From: a virus
Virus genome (UHGV): UHGV-0363627
DNA: 64,000 nt
Direction: 5' to 3' (one strand)
The position numbers were made by a program, and so were the translations under genes. The notes below the pieces were generated by a model. It saw nothing but the letters and a program-made list of their open reading frames with translations, did no database searches and was not told the DNA's origin. This document shows, one piece after another, positions 1 through 9,885 of this stretch (the first letter of the stretch is position 1; every line of letters starts with the position of its first letter).

Positions 1-1
1 A

Positions 2-2386
2 GTGTTTCAATTTACTACTAATAATCAAACTATAGAACAAACTCTTCCTCTTATAGCAAACAATCAAATTATAATGATTGAAACTATTCTTTCTAGTGGT
101 ATAACAAATCCTACATTAAAATTGTTACCAACTGGAAATGATAAAATTAATGGAGCTAGTACACCTATAACTATATCTGAAAATGGTTATAATGGTTATA
201 TGTTGCCTATTATTAATGAGAACTCTTATGATTTTATTTCACATCATCAAACTCAAGATTATAGTTTAACTGTTGGTGATGATAAAGGAAATATAGTAAT
301 TGGAGCAGAAAATTTAAAATTTAAAGGTCTTACTGTAGAACACGATGATGATATAAAACAAACAACTATTTCTATAGATAAATCTAGTCAAACTATTGCA
401 GCTAAAGATAATATATTAAATCAAGAATTTAATGGTAGAAGAATTCAATCATTAGATAAATCTATTAAAGTTTCTGCTTTAGGAGTTGGAAGAGATAAAG
501 ATAATAATGAAATATATGATATAGATTTATCTATTATGAGTAAAGCGGAAGATGAAGGAGTTGCATTAGTAACAGAATATACTCATAATATTAATTTAGG
601 TATTGTAACTAATCAACCTAGTATAACTAATATGTTATATAGCGGAGGAATGAGTGTAGAATTTAATAAACAAACAGGAGGTATTGTTACTCAAGAAATT
701 GATAATAAAGACCCGAATGTTACAGGAGGTACTACATTTGTAGCTATGCTTGATTATGTTCCTAATCTAGAAGAAGATAATACTTTATCACAAGATGGTA
801 GTATAAAATTAGAACTAGTAGATAAAGACGGTAATTATATCGATGATATAAATGGCAGACCTGCGATTATTCAAAGAGATTATAAAGCAGGAGATGTTAC
901 TGAAGAAATGCATTTGGTTGTTGTATTTAAAGCTAAAGGATATAAAGAAGTATTCTATAAAATCTCTGGAGATTTTGAACAAGAAGAAGATATATCTGTT
1001 GGTTTAGGTACAGGAATATGTGTTCAAGCTGTTACAGAAAATAGTGGTTTAGGTTCAGCATTAACAAAATATCTACAATATACAGATAATCATATTGAAT
1101 TAGGTAAAGTCATATACGGAGAAAATAATATTAATTTTGCTCGTGTTAATGCAAGAGATACAATAATTACTATTAGTAGTAATGAAACTACAAATTTAGG
1201 TAACAATCTTAAATTTGATTTCAGAACAGCTTTATCGTATCAAGTAATTAATAACGGTTTTAATATTAAATCTACAACTAGTTCTTGTATATTCTCTTTA
1301 TATAAGAAATATACTTCTGTAGATTTAATGAGATTAAAAGGATGTGATATTGATATTTCTGTTGAAATACAAAATAAACAAAACGCTTTTGATGTTGTAA
1401 TGTTAGGTTATAAAGGAATTTTACCTGCTCCTGAACCTATACTAAATGGTTTTAGTAATCAGCAACCTGTATATGAAAATGGATGGACAGAACTAGATAA
1501 AATGTTTATTAGTGAAGATGTTATATCTGATAAAAGAAGAATAGCTAAAACATTTACATTCCCTCTTGTTGAAGATTATAACGAATGTGTGTTTATGCTA
1601 AGACCTAATGATAATAGTACTCCAGTAGATGTAACAATATATGATTTTGAAGGAGATATTAAACCATCATTAACTTATGTTCTTGTTAAAGAAAAATTCT
1701 ATAGAGGACAACAAAATTTAGTAAAAAGAGATATGTTTACTAAATCTGCCATATTGTGTCCTAATGGAGAAATATCATTAAGATTTACAATTAATGCGGC
1801 TGAAACTAAATTGCCTATTGGTATATTTAAAAAGAACTCTTTTATTAAAAATAATAATGCTTGGTATGATATTGGTAGTGCTAATAAAGAACTTCAAGGT
1901 GATGCTTTAATTACTAAGTCTTTTGTTGGTACAATGTCTTGTTCATTCCATGTATTTAATGAGCAAGGTACAGATAATACAGTTGAGTTTTATGTTGCAA
2001 AAGTTGAAGCTGATGGCAATTTAACTCCTATAGATGATAGTAAAGTTACTAAAACTATTAAAGCTAATACATTGCCTCCAAATGGAGTTGTTGTAACTAT
2101 TCCTGCATTTAAATATAATTTTAAAAAAGGAGAAAGTTATAGATTGATAGCAAAAGCTAATAAGGATGATGGCTCATTTGTTCAAGTTAATAGCGGCGAC
2201 CATATTGCTATGGTAGAAACTATTATACAAATTGAATATTTTACAGAAATCCCTGAAGATATATTAAAAGAAAATGGTATATTTAATATTCAATTAACTA
2301 AAGGAGGTAAACCTGTAGATGATATTAGTAAATATAGTATATCTATTGATGTTGATACAAATAAAATTACAGTAATAACTAAATAA
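2..2386 (+). CDS. virion structural protein, probably tail fibre/tail-associated (5' partial; ORF runs off the window start)
   Basis: 794-aa ORF open to the window edge. Composition is N/T/G/S-rich and beta-rich, typical of phage fibre or receptor-binding proteins, and it sits in the plus-strand virion block. Confidence 0.55.
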   Translation: MFQFTTNNQTIEQTLPLIANNQIIMIETILSSGITNPTLKLLPTGNDKINGASTPITISENGYNGYMLPIINENSYDFISHHQTQDYSLTVGDDKGNIVIGAENLKFKGLTVEHDDDIKQTTISIDKSSQTIAAKDNILNQEFNGRRIQSLDKSIKVSALGVGRDKDNNEIYDIDLSIMSKAEDEGVALVTEYTHNINLGIVTNQPSITNMLYSGGMSVEFNKQTGGIVTQEIDNKDPNVTGGTTFVAMLDYVPNLEEDNTLSQDGSIKLELVDKDGNYIDDINGRPAIIQRDYKAGDVTEEMHLVVVFKAKGYKEVFYKISGDFEQEEDISVGLGTGICVQAVTENSGLGSALTKYLQYTDNHIELGKVIYGENNINFARVNARDTIITISSNETTNLGNNLKFDFRTALSYQVINNGFNIKSTTSSCIFSLYKKYTSVDLMRLKGCDIDISVEIQNKQNAFDVVMLGYKGILPAPEPILNGFSNQQPVYENGWTELDKMFISEDVISDKRRIAKTFTFPLVEDYNECVFMLRPNDNSTPVDVTIYDFEGDIKPSLTYVLVKEKFYRGQQNLVKRDMFTKSAILCPNGEISLRFTINAAETKLPIGIFKKNSFIKNNNAWYDIGSANKELQGDALITKSFVGTMSCSFHVFNEQGTDNTVEFYVAKVEADGNLTPIDDSKVTKTIKANTLPPNGVVVTIPAFKYNFKKGESYRLIAKANKDDGSFVQVNSGDHIAMVETIIQIEYFTEIPEDILKENGIFNIQLTKGGKPVDDISKYSISIDVDTNKITVITK

Positions 2387-2408
2387 TTAATCATTAAAAC
2401 TTACAATT

Positions 2409-2870
2409 ATGGAAAGAAGTCAATTTATTCAATTTATTGGAACATTACCTTATGGCACTAAAATTCGTGCTGGTCTTATTAGTATTTATGATAAAATCGC
2501 CAAAGCTGCTGGTATTGATAAAGCTACACAAGCTGAAGACGGTTTAATGAGTAAAGAAGATAAAAAGAAACTTGATGAACTTGAAGCATTAACTCAAGCT
2601 ACTAGTACAACTCTCGGTGGAGTTAAAATTGGATATACAACAGCTAGTAAAAATTATGCTGTACAATTAGATAGTAATGGTAAAATGTTTGTTAATGTCC
2701 CTTGGACAGATACTAATACTACTTATACTGCTGCTACTGAAAGTAAATTAGGACTTGTTAAACAAGCTGCAAAAGTTTCTAAACCTGCTGATGATACTGC
2801 TGCTAATCTTAAAACTGCCATTGATAGTATAATTGATGCGATGACTGCTGCTGGACAGATGAAGGTATAA
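2409..2870 (+). CDS. hypothetical virion protein (153 aa)
   Basis: ORF starts 23 nt after the previous stop and continues the plus-strand virion block. Confidence 0.55.
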   Translation: MERSQFIQFIGTLPYGTKIRAGLISIYDKIAKAAGIDKATQAEDGLMSKEDKKKLDELEALTQATSTTLGGVKIGYTTASKNYAVQLDSNGKMFVNVPWTDTNTTYTAATESKLGLVKQAAKVSKPADDTAANLKTAIDSIIDAMTAAGQMKV

Positions 2871-2872
2871 GC

Positions 2873-2892
2873 ATTTCCCTACGGGCAAGCTA
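2873..2892 (+). repeat. 21-bp repeat family copy 1 (CATTTCCCTACGGGCAAGCTA), intergenic
   Basis: Immediately after the stop of 2409..2870. Confidence 0.7.
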
Positions 2893-3074
2893 CAACTATT
2901 AGTAGTGATAATAATATAATTGCTATTGTTGCTGATGATGATTTTCTCGATTGGCTGACTATGGTTTTATTCCGATTGACATACAAAATTATATCGAACA
3001 TCAACGTAGAGGGCATTTTTTGGCTCTCTGTTCGATTTTGTATATCGTTATGATGTAAATATCACGATTTGGAT

Positions 3075-3099
3075 AAAGTCCGTCAGACAGTCTGAAAAT
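3075..3099 (+). promoter_or_regulatory. conserved intergenic motif AAAGTCCGTCAGACAGTCTGAAAAT (copy A), ~45 nt upstream of the 3141 ORF
   Basis: Same core as 20324-20348 and, on the other strand, 59079-59091 and 49552-49564. It contains the palindrome TCAGAC-a-GTCTGA. Confidence 0.45.
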
Positions 3100-3140
3100 G
3101 CGTCAGCGATAGTAGCAATTATTTTTATTTTATAATAATA

Positions 3141-3923
3141 TTGATAATGATGTTATTAATGTTGTTAATGATGGTTAATGACATGATGTTATTCGTTATC
3201 AATAATAGTTTTGTGATAAACTTAATACATGATGATATGGCAACTTTAAATCAATTAATTAGTGAAATAGCTCATGCTGTTGGTCAGCCTAATAATGTAC
3301 CTTTAAGGCGTAATATTCGTCAAGCTATTATTCATACTCGTAATGAATTAATACGAAAAAGTTATGGTAATAATAGAGTAATAGATAAAGGTCTAGAACA
3401 AAGATTTAGAATAGAAATTATAGATGTTCCAGATGGAGATATTTATGAAAGTGGTGAATTATTAATTCCTGCTATTAAACGTAGTAAGAATAAAGTACCT
3501 ACTCCTGTTAGATTAACAAATGGCATGCCTTTTTTATCTGTTAGAACTGTTGGATATGGTAATAGAAGTATATCGTTTGCAAAAGAAGCTACTGCTAAAT
3601 TTTATCATCTTTTAGCTGGTTTTTGTAAAACTCCTGTTTATGATTATGTTAATGGTTATATTTATATATACGGAGATAATGATAGTATAAGAAATGCTGA
3701 AAATATTATTATTGAAAGTGTATTTGAATATCCACATTTGATACAAACAGAAACAATAGATGTTGAAGGAAATTATATAAAAGATAATGATGAATTAGAT
3801 GATAATGAATTTCTTCTTCCTGAAGATATGATTGGTAGTATTAAAGATGTTATATTTAAACGCAATATGCTTCAAGTTCCTAGAGAAACAAATGAAACAC
3901 CTGTAGATAATTTAATTAAATAA
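3141..3923 (+). CDS. hypothetical protein; true start probably the internal ATG near 3238 (MATLNQLI...)
   Basis: Long ORF. The first ~30 codons (MIMMLLMLLMM...) lie in low-complexity ATG/TTA-rich DNA and are probably 5' leader rather than protein. Confidence 0.5.
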   Translation: MIMMLLMLLMMVNDMMLFVINNSFVINLIHDDMATLNQLISEIAHAVGQPNNVPLRRNIRQAIIHTRNELIRKSYGNNRVIDKGLEQRFRIEIIDVPDGDIYESGELLIPAIKRSKNKVPTPVRLTNGMPFLSVRTVGYGNRSISFAKEATAKFYHLLAGFCKTPVYDYVNGYIYIYGDNDSIRNAENIIIESVFEYPHLIQTETIDVEGNYIKDNDELDDNEFLLPEDMIGSIKDVIFKRNMLQVPRETNETPVDNLIK

Positions 3924-3928
3924 TAATT

Positions 3929-4891
3929 ATGAAAGTAGAAATAGATTTGCAACATTTTTATACTAAGTTTCAAAGTGAAACTAATGATGTTAAAACAAAA
4001 GTCGAACAAGAATTAAAACTAGCTTTAGAAGTAAAAAATAGACATGAAGAAATTGTCTTTTCTAAAAAAGATTATATAAAGAAAACTTTTGATATTAATC
4101 TTGATGATTATCCAGAAATAAAAGATGGAATATTAAATAAAGAATTACGATTAGAAGTTATACAATTAATGCGTCATGGAGAAGCATATAATTCTAATAG
4201 TAGTGTTTTATATAATTTGAATGTATATCTTAATGATGTAAAAAGAGTTCATATATTATTAAAGAAAAAAGCATTGCTTGATAAAAGAGCAAATTTAAGT
4301 TTTGCTGAATATAAAAGAATTGTTTATAATTATTATAGATATGGAGTTCATAAATGTTTATTAGAAGGATATATGTATTCTTTTGCTGATGAAAAGATTG
4401 AATTTCTTATTAATAGATATAAAACTGACGGTTGTAAGAAAGATAAAAGAATGGCAGACCTTAAAGCTACTAAAACTAAATTAGATGAAATTCGTGCTAA
4501 AGGTTTGATTCCTTATAATAAAGAAGATGCTGAAATAGCAAAATTACATGGCGTTAAATATAATGGTGTTAAATATATTACTTATAGAAGAGATAATTAT
4601 TATTATAAATTAGAAATGACACTTCGATATGCTGGTCGAAAAGTTAGTACAGAATTTGAACGTATTAAAACTATAAACGCTAATTTACGTGGAATGACAC
4701 AAGAAGAGATTGCTGATAAATGTAAAAACAAAGAAGAAATATATGCACTTAATTGTGATATAACGCATAAATTAGGAATATTGCTTAAACATGATAAGAT
4801 GTCTTATTTAAACTTTATACGAAATGCCGAACAAGACAAATTTACCAATGGAGTCTATAATCGCAAAAATAGACAACGATTTCAATCCTGA
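3929..4891 (+). CDS. hypothetical K/E/Y-rich protein (320 aa)
   Basis: Intact ORF starting 6 nt after the previous stop in the virion block. Confidence 0.5.
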   Translation: MKVEIDLQHFYTKFQSETNDVKTKVEQELKLALEVKNRHEEIVFSKKDYIKKTFDINLDDYPEIKDGILNKELRLEVIQLMRHGEAYNSNSSVLYNLNVYLNDVKRVHILLKKKALLDKRANLSFAEYKRIVYNYYRYGVHKCLLEGYMYSFADEKIEFLINRYKTDGCKKDKRMADLKATKTKLDEIRAKGLIPYNKEDAEIAKLHGVKYNGVKYITYRRDNYYYKLEMTLRYAGRKVSTEFERIKTINANLRGMTQEEIADKCKNKEEIYALNCDITHKLGILLKHDKMSYLNFIRNAEQDKFTNGVYNRKNRQRFQS

Positions 4892-5645
4892 TAATAGTGA
4901 TTGGGTTAATAGAGTTCCTGCATGGTGTGTTGATGCTATGCAACAATTAAAAATATTATCTGTTGTTAAGAAGAAACGAAAACTTAATGTTAATAATAGA
5001 ATAGCATATAGTTCTTGTAATATAATTAATAATGAATTAAAAGTTTATGATAAAAGAGGATGTGCTATTACCAATATAGATGATAAAGTTGATTGTGGAT
5101 GTCAATCCTCTACGGGCAAGCTACAATTAGATAATGAAGATTTATCAGATACTATGTCTATAGTTGCTGGAATGTCAGATGTTAATTATGGAGAAAGTAT
5201 TTCTATTCATAATAATGAAGATGATATTAATAAAAGAAATATAACATTTGACCGCTATATCTTGCCCGTAGAGGAAAGAAACTATATATTAGTAGACGCT
5301 AATCATATTGAATTAAATTTTGATACTGATTATATTTATATAGAAAATCTTGAAGTTGAAACTCAATATAGTGAATATTTTCAAGAAGAAATTCCTGTTA
5401 TTCCAAACGATGGAAATCTTATAGAAGCACTTGCTTATTATTGTATGTATAAGATGCTATGTCGTGGTATGAAACATCCTGTATTTAATCTTAATGCTAG
5501 TCAATATGGTACTAATCCTTATTATATGTGGATGCAGTTAAAGAGTAAAGCCAGAGCTAGTGTTATTAATACAATACAAGGAAATATTGATACTAAAGAA
5601 TGGCAGAATTATTTTTATAATTATACATTTAAACCTAGAGGATAA
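4824..5645 (+). CDS. hypothetical virion protein (273 aa); carries an inverted pair of the 21-bp repeat in frame
   Basis: ORF overlaps the upstream gene by 68 nt. It contains SSTGKL (5107-5122) and LPVEE (5260-5276) encoded by repeat copies. Confidence 0.5.
   Translation: MPNKTNLPMESIIAKIDNDFNPDNSDWVNRVPAWCVDAMQQLKILSVVKKKRKLNVNNRIAYSSCNIINNELKVYDKRGCAITNIDDKVDCGCQSSTGKLQLDNEDLSDTMSIVAGMSDVNYGESISIHNNEDDINKRNITFDRYILPVEERNYILVDANHIELNFDTDYIYIENLEVETQYSEYFQEEIPVIPNDGNLIEALAYYCMYKMLCRGMKHPVFNLNASQYGTNPYYMWMQLKSKARASVINTIQGNIDTKEWQNYFYNYTFKPRG
5107..5122 (+). repeat. 21-bp repeat copy 2, in CDS (encodes SSTGKL)
   Basis: caatCCTCTACGGGCAAGCTaca. Confidence 0.7.
5260..5276 (-). repeat. 21-bp repeat copy 3, inverted partner 137 bp from copy 2, in CDS (encodes LPVEE)
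   Basis: tCTTGCCCGTAGAGGaa. Confidence 0.7.
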
Positions 5646-8600
5646 TGAAAGTAATACCGCAATTAGACTTAGATACTCCGTATGACCAAATGTCAGATGG
5701 TAAACTTTGTCATGCTAGTAATATTATTTTAACAGCAGATGGTATTAATATTCAAAATGAAAATTCATTAATAGATTTTTCTAATATTCCTGCTGGTTAT
5801 AATATTGTTGGTGTGATTTCTTGTAATGAAGAATTTGTTTTATTTTTTGATAATAATAAAATTGCAAGAATTAAAACAGATGGTAGTTATAAAGAATTAA
5901 CAACCAATTGGAAATGGTGTGGTGGAGAAGTATTTGGAACATATACTTATAATGTAAATAACGAATTAATAATATCATTTAGTGAAAGAAATGCAACTAA
6001 AGATGTTGCTTTAAAAACAATCAATCTTGATAGATTTGTTTATATTGCTAATTATAATGATGATGATATTTATACAAATAGACCGATTGTTCCAATAGCA
6101 AACTTTAGTAATTATTATTTGAATAAAGGTTCTAAAATTAGAACAGGTACTTATGTGTTCTTTATTCGTTATTATATTAATGAATATGAGAAAACATTAT
6201 GGTTTCCAATAGGCATGCCTATTATTGTTTATGATAAATATAATTATCAAATTGCTAAACAAACATTAGATTTAGCTTTAGTTGGAGAAACTGAAAGTAA
6301 TAAGACACCTACCGTTGTTAAGATTGATGATTGTTATAATGATGACTTAGAATATTGCAATATTAGTTTAAATGTTGTTGTAAATATTAATGATATATTA
6401 GAAACAAGTAAGTTATATACTCAATTTGAATTAGGATATATTATTAATTATAACGGTGGAACTGAAGCTAGACGTACAGTAAAATATGATTATAATGTTG
6501 TTAAAACAGTTAATGTATCATTATTAGATGAAATTATAAGTCTTGATGAATTAACAGTAAATGAGCAATCTTTCTATAATGTTGGAACTTTATGTAATTA
6601 TAGAAATAGAGTTTATCTTGGTAATTATAAAGTTGATAATCCTAATACTAAATTAAAAGATATTGATACTTCTAATATAAAAATTTATTGTGTTGGAAGC
6701 GATAATGAATTATCAACATTAAGTAAAAATGAAGAACAAACTTATATAACAAATTATTGTTATTATTCTTTCTTTATACATTATGTTTATAAAGATGGAA
6801 CTTATAGCGATGGCATTCAAATTCGAACATTAAATAGTTATACAACTAACGGCATAAATTATAAAATGGAAAGTTATGTAAATAATAATGGAGATTATAT
6901 TTATAGAGCTGACCAAAATATGAAAGTTGGTATTAGATTTGTATTTGAAAATATGCCAATAATAGACGATGCTGTTGGATATTTTATTAGTTATGAAGAA
7001 CCTGAATATGTTGAAATAGGTGAAGGATTAGCTACAGCAATAAATAGTTATTTATATAATGCAACTTATAAAACAGGTCTTAGTGCTGCTACTTTTTATT
7101 TTAATTATCCTGAATTTGATACAATAGGTGGATATACTGATGTTGGTATAATAAAACAAATTGCTACATTAAGCGGTAAAACAGCAAGAAGTTCTAGTGA
7201 AAATGAAACAAAATTTTATGATGTTTATGAAAATAGTAATTTGATTGATGGAGAAAAATATGATGTATCAGGTACAAATATTATTACTCCAAATATAGAT
7301 ACTAATATTGGTAGAGAAGGACATTTAAAAATTACAGCAAATAAAGGAATTACTTTTAATACAAATCAATTATATGTTGGTATAAGAGGAACAGTAGATT
7401 CGAATGGACATTATGAAATAGCTAAAACATTCTATGGTAAGAAAGATAAAAAATTAATACCATTAGGATTTATTAAATTAAAAACAGGAGCAACTGGAAA
7501 TTATGGAGATGATGCAAATTATAAATATAATAATAATTATTATTTGCAAATGAATAGTGTTTATCAATTTCATCATGATGGTGTTTTAATATCAGATACA
7601 GTTGCTAATCCTACTAATTATACAACAAAGAAATTATTTTATCAAGATAATGTTATAGCTGATGGCACTCGTGAACCACATGTATTTGCTATTAGATATT
7701 TACATTTTAGTCATTATCCTTTGTTTGCTAAAAAAGCTAATTATCTTCCTAGAACAATAGCTTATAATTATAGTGATGGTTCAACAAATATACAAAAAAT
7801 TAATACCGTAATAGAACCTAGTAGAGTTAATGAATTATTTAAACTTGAGGCTTGTTATTATGATTATCTAACAAAGTTGATATATAATTATAGAAGCGAT
7901 TTAATATCAAATACTATTGAGAATTATTATCAAACTGTTTATCGTAGTGATGTTATATCTGATGAATCTATTGAAAATAGATGGAAGAATTTTCAAGTTG
8001 AAGCATATAAAAGAATAACAGAAAATAAAGGTGCGATAACAAACATTGTGGCTGCTGGCACATTATTGATTGTACATACTGAAAAATCAATGTTTGTATT
8101 CAATGTTGATAATACATTGAAAACGCAAGATAAAGATGTACAGATGCTAATGCCAGATGTATTTGAAGTTAATTATCAAGAAGTATTTACTACAGAAAGA
8201 GGTTTTGCTGGTTTTCAAGATTTTATATCTTATAGTGTTGGTAGTTATGGTTATATATTTTATGATTCTAATGCTAAAATAATTTATCGTTATGATAATA
8301 ATTCTATTGCAGAAATAACTACTGGTATTATAAATTATATTAGAAGTAAAAACATTAAACATATTTATATAGGAGAAGATAATGTAAGAAGTAGATTATT
8401 ATTTAATTTTATAGATGAAGATAATAATAGTAATATATTAAGTTATAATCTTGTTAATAATGATTGGTTATCTGCTCATAGTTATACAAGCAATTATCCT
8501 TTTATATCAATGAAAGATAATATTTATATAATAGATAAGGATACTGCTTTTAAATTAAAAGAGTTTTCTAAAACAACTTATAATGAATATGTAGATAATG

Positions 8601-9076
8601 TTTTAAATAAAGATTTCTATAATGAAGTAATAGATGGTACTATTTGTTCTTATATAGATGTATATTTTAATAATGGTAATTATAATCAAATAAAAGTTCT
8701 TGATTTTATAACATATATAACTAATAAGTATAATACTCCATTTGAAATATTAAAAGTAAAGTTATATAGTAATTGTTGTTATAGTGGAGAACTTAATATA
8801 AGAGAAGAAAGAAAATCTATTAAAGATTATAAGAAACCATTTTATGATTTTGGTAGATGGAATTTTAATTATTTCAAAAACAAAGTTGCTGATTATAAAT
8901 ATGAAAATATTACAAATAGAATTAGCGGAGAAATAAATCCAGATTTAATTCTTAATGATAATAGATACAATGATAATAAATTAATGACAGGAAAATATAT
9001 AGTTGTTAGAATTATATTTAGAGATAATGCACGAGAGATAGTAATAAAAGATGTTCAATCTTATTTTAATAAATAA
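5645..9076 (+). CDS. large virion structural protein (1143 aa), N/Y-rich
   Basis: Uninterrupted 3.4-kb ORF whose ATG overlaps the previous stop (ATGA). Confidence 0.6.
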   Translation: MKVIPQLDLDTPYDQMSDGKLCHASNIILTADGINIQNENSLIDFSNIPAGYNIVGVISCNEEFVLFFDNNKIARIKTDGSYKELTTNWKWCGGEVFGTYTYNVNNELIISFSERNATKDVALKTINLDRFVYIANYNDDDIYTNRPIVPIANFSNYYLNKGSKIRTGTYVFFIRYYINEYEKTLWFPIGMPIIVYDKYNYQIAKQTLDLALVGETESNKTPTVVKIDDCYNDDLEYCNISLNVVVNINDILETSKLYTQFELGYIINYNGGTEARRTVKYDYNVVKTVNVSLLDEIISLDELTVNEQSFYNVGTLCNYRNRVYLGNYKVDNPNTKLKDIDTSNIKIYCVGSDNELSTLSKNEEQTYITNYCYYSFFIHYVYKDGTYSDGIQIRTLNSYTTNGINYKMESYVNNNGDYIYRADQNMKVGIRFVFENMPIIDDAVGYFISYEEPEYVEIGEGLATAINSYLYNATYKTGLSAATFYFNYPEFDTIGGYTDVGIIKQIATLSGKTARSSSENETKFYDVYENSNLIDGEKYDVSGTNIITPNIDTNIGREGHLKITANKGITFNTNQLYVGIRGTVDSNGHYEIAKTFYGKKDKKLIPLGFIKLKTGATGNYGDDANYKYNNNYYLQMNSVYQFHHDGVLISDTVANPTNYTTKKLFYQDNVIADGTREPHVFAIRYLHFSHYPLFAKKANYLPRTIAYNYSDGSTNIQKINTVIEPSRVNELFKLEACYYDYLTKLIYNYRSDLISNTIENYYQTVYRSDVISDESIENRWKNFQVEAYKRITENKGAITNIVAAGTLLIVHTEKSMFVFNVDNTLKTQDKDVQMLMPDVFEVNYQEVFTTERGFAGFQDFISYSVGSYGYIFYDSNAKIIYRYDNNSIAEITTGIINYIRSKNIKHIYIGEDNVRSRLLFNFIDEDNNSNILSYNLVNNDWLSAHSYTSNYPFISMKDNIYIIDKDTAFKLKEFSKTTYNEYVDNVLNKDFYNEVIDGTICSYIDVYFNNGNYNQIKVLDFITYITNKYNTPFEILKVKLYSNCCYSGELNIREERKSIKDYKKPFYDFGRWNFNYFKNKVADYKYENITNRISGEINPDLILNDNRYNDNKLMTGKYIVVRIIFRDNAREIVIKDVQSYFNK

Positions 9077-9078
9077 TT

Positions 9079-9777
9079 ATGAAAAATAGATGTAAAAGAC
9101 AAAAAGCGTTATTTGGTATTATTAGTGGTATTATAGGTGCTAGAAAACAAAAAAAACAAGCACAAGCACAAGCACAAGCTGCAAAAATACAAGCTGCAAA
9201 TCAACAAGCTGCTATTAATCAACAAATGGCAAATGCTCAAGCCCAAATTGATGCTAATTACCAACAACAACTTGCAGAAGTTGAAGCACAAGAAAAACTT
9301 AATCAAGAACAAAATGAACTTTCTGCTCAAAAAGTTGGAATGCAAAGCGCACAAAGTTTAACACAAGCATTTGGAAATACTGCTGATATTGATAAAGAAT
9401 TTAAGAATAGATTTATGCGATATGGTGGTAGAAAAAAATGTAAATGTGGTGGAAGAAAAAAAGCATGGCTTGGTATAGCTTCGGCTATTGATAGTGGAAT
9501 TGGAAATGTTATATCTGCGGCAACTGCTCAAACTGGAGTTCCAGCTTATAAATTAGATTATAGTGGTAGACTTAAATATCATGACCCTGTAGTTGCTAAT
9601 CTTGAAGTAGATAAATCTATTGCAAATAGTTATACAGGTAAACAGGTTGGACAAAATAATGCACAATATGCTGGAGTTAGTAGTATTGGTAATAATAATA
9701 TTAATAATATGCCGACTATGAGATTCCGTGCAGGCGGCAAATCAGTATTCCGAAATAGGTCAAAACGCAAATGCTAA
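9079..9777 (+). CDS. low-complexity Q/A-rich protein with basic Cys-containing C-terminus (232 aa)
   Basis: ORF contains a (QA)n tract and a QQ-rich coiled-coil-like region, then GGRKKCKCGGRKK and an R/K-rich tail. This looks like an internal virion or DNA-associated protein. Confidence 0.5.
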   Translation: MKNRCKRQKALFGIISGIIGARKQKKQAQAQAQAAKIQAANQQAAINQQMANAQAQIDANYQQQLAEVEAQEKLNQEQNELSAQKVGMQSAQSLTQAFGNTADIDKEFKNRFMRYGGRKKCKCGGRKKAWLGIASAIDSGIGNVISAATAQTGVPAYKLDYSGRLKYHDPVVANLEVDKSIANSYTGKQVGQNNAQYAGVSSIGNNNINNMPTMRFRAGGKSVFRNRSKRKC

Positions 9778-9790
9778 CCACATTCTTTTT

Positions 9791-9862
9791 GCGTCTAAGC
9801 GATTATCTTTTTTCGATTGATTAATTGCAAAGGTCGATGTCAGAAAATCGCTTAGAACGCAC
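9791..9862 (+). other. structured intergenic element: 14-bp long-range stem GCGTCTAAGCGATT / AATCGCTTAGAACGC enclosing a U-rich loop
   Basis: Lies between virion genes 9079..9777 and 9886..11721, and may be a terminator/attenuator or RNA-processing site. Confidence 0.4.
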
Positions 9863-9885
9863 GAGAATGATTAATTTTTATAACA

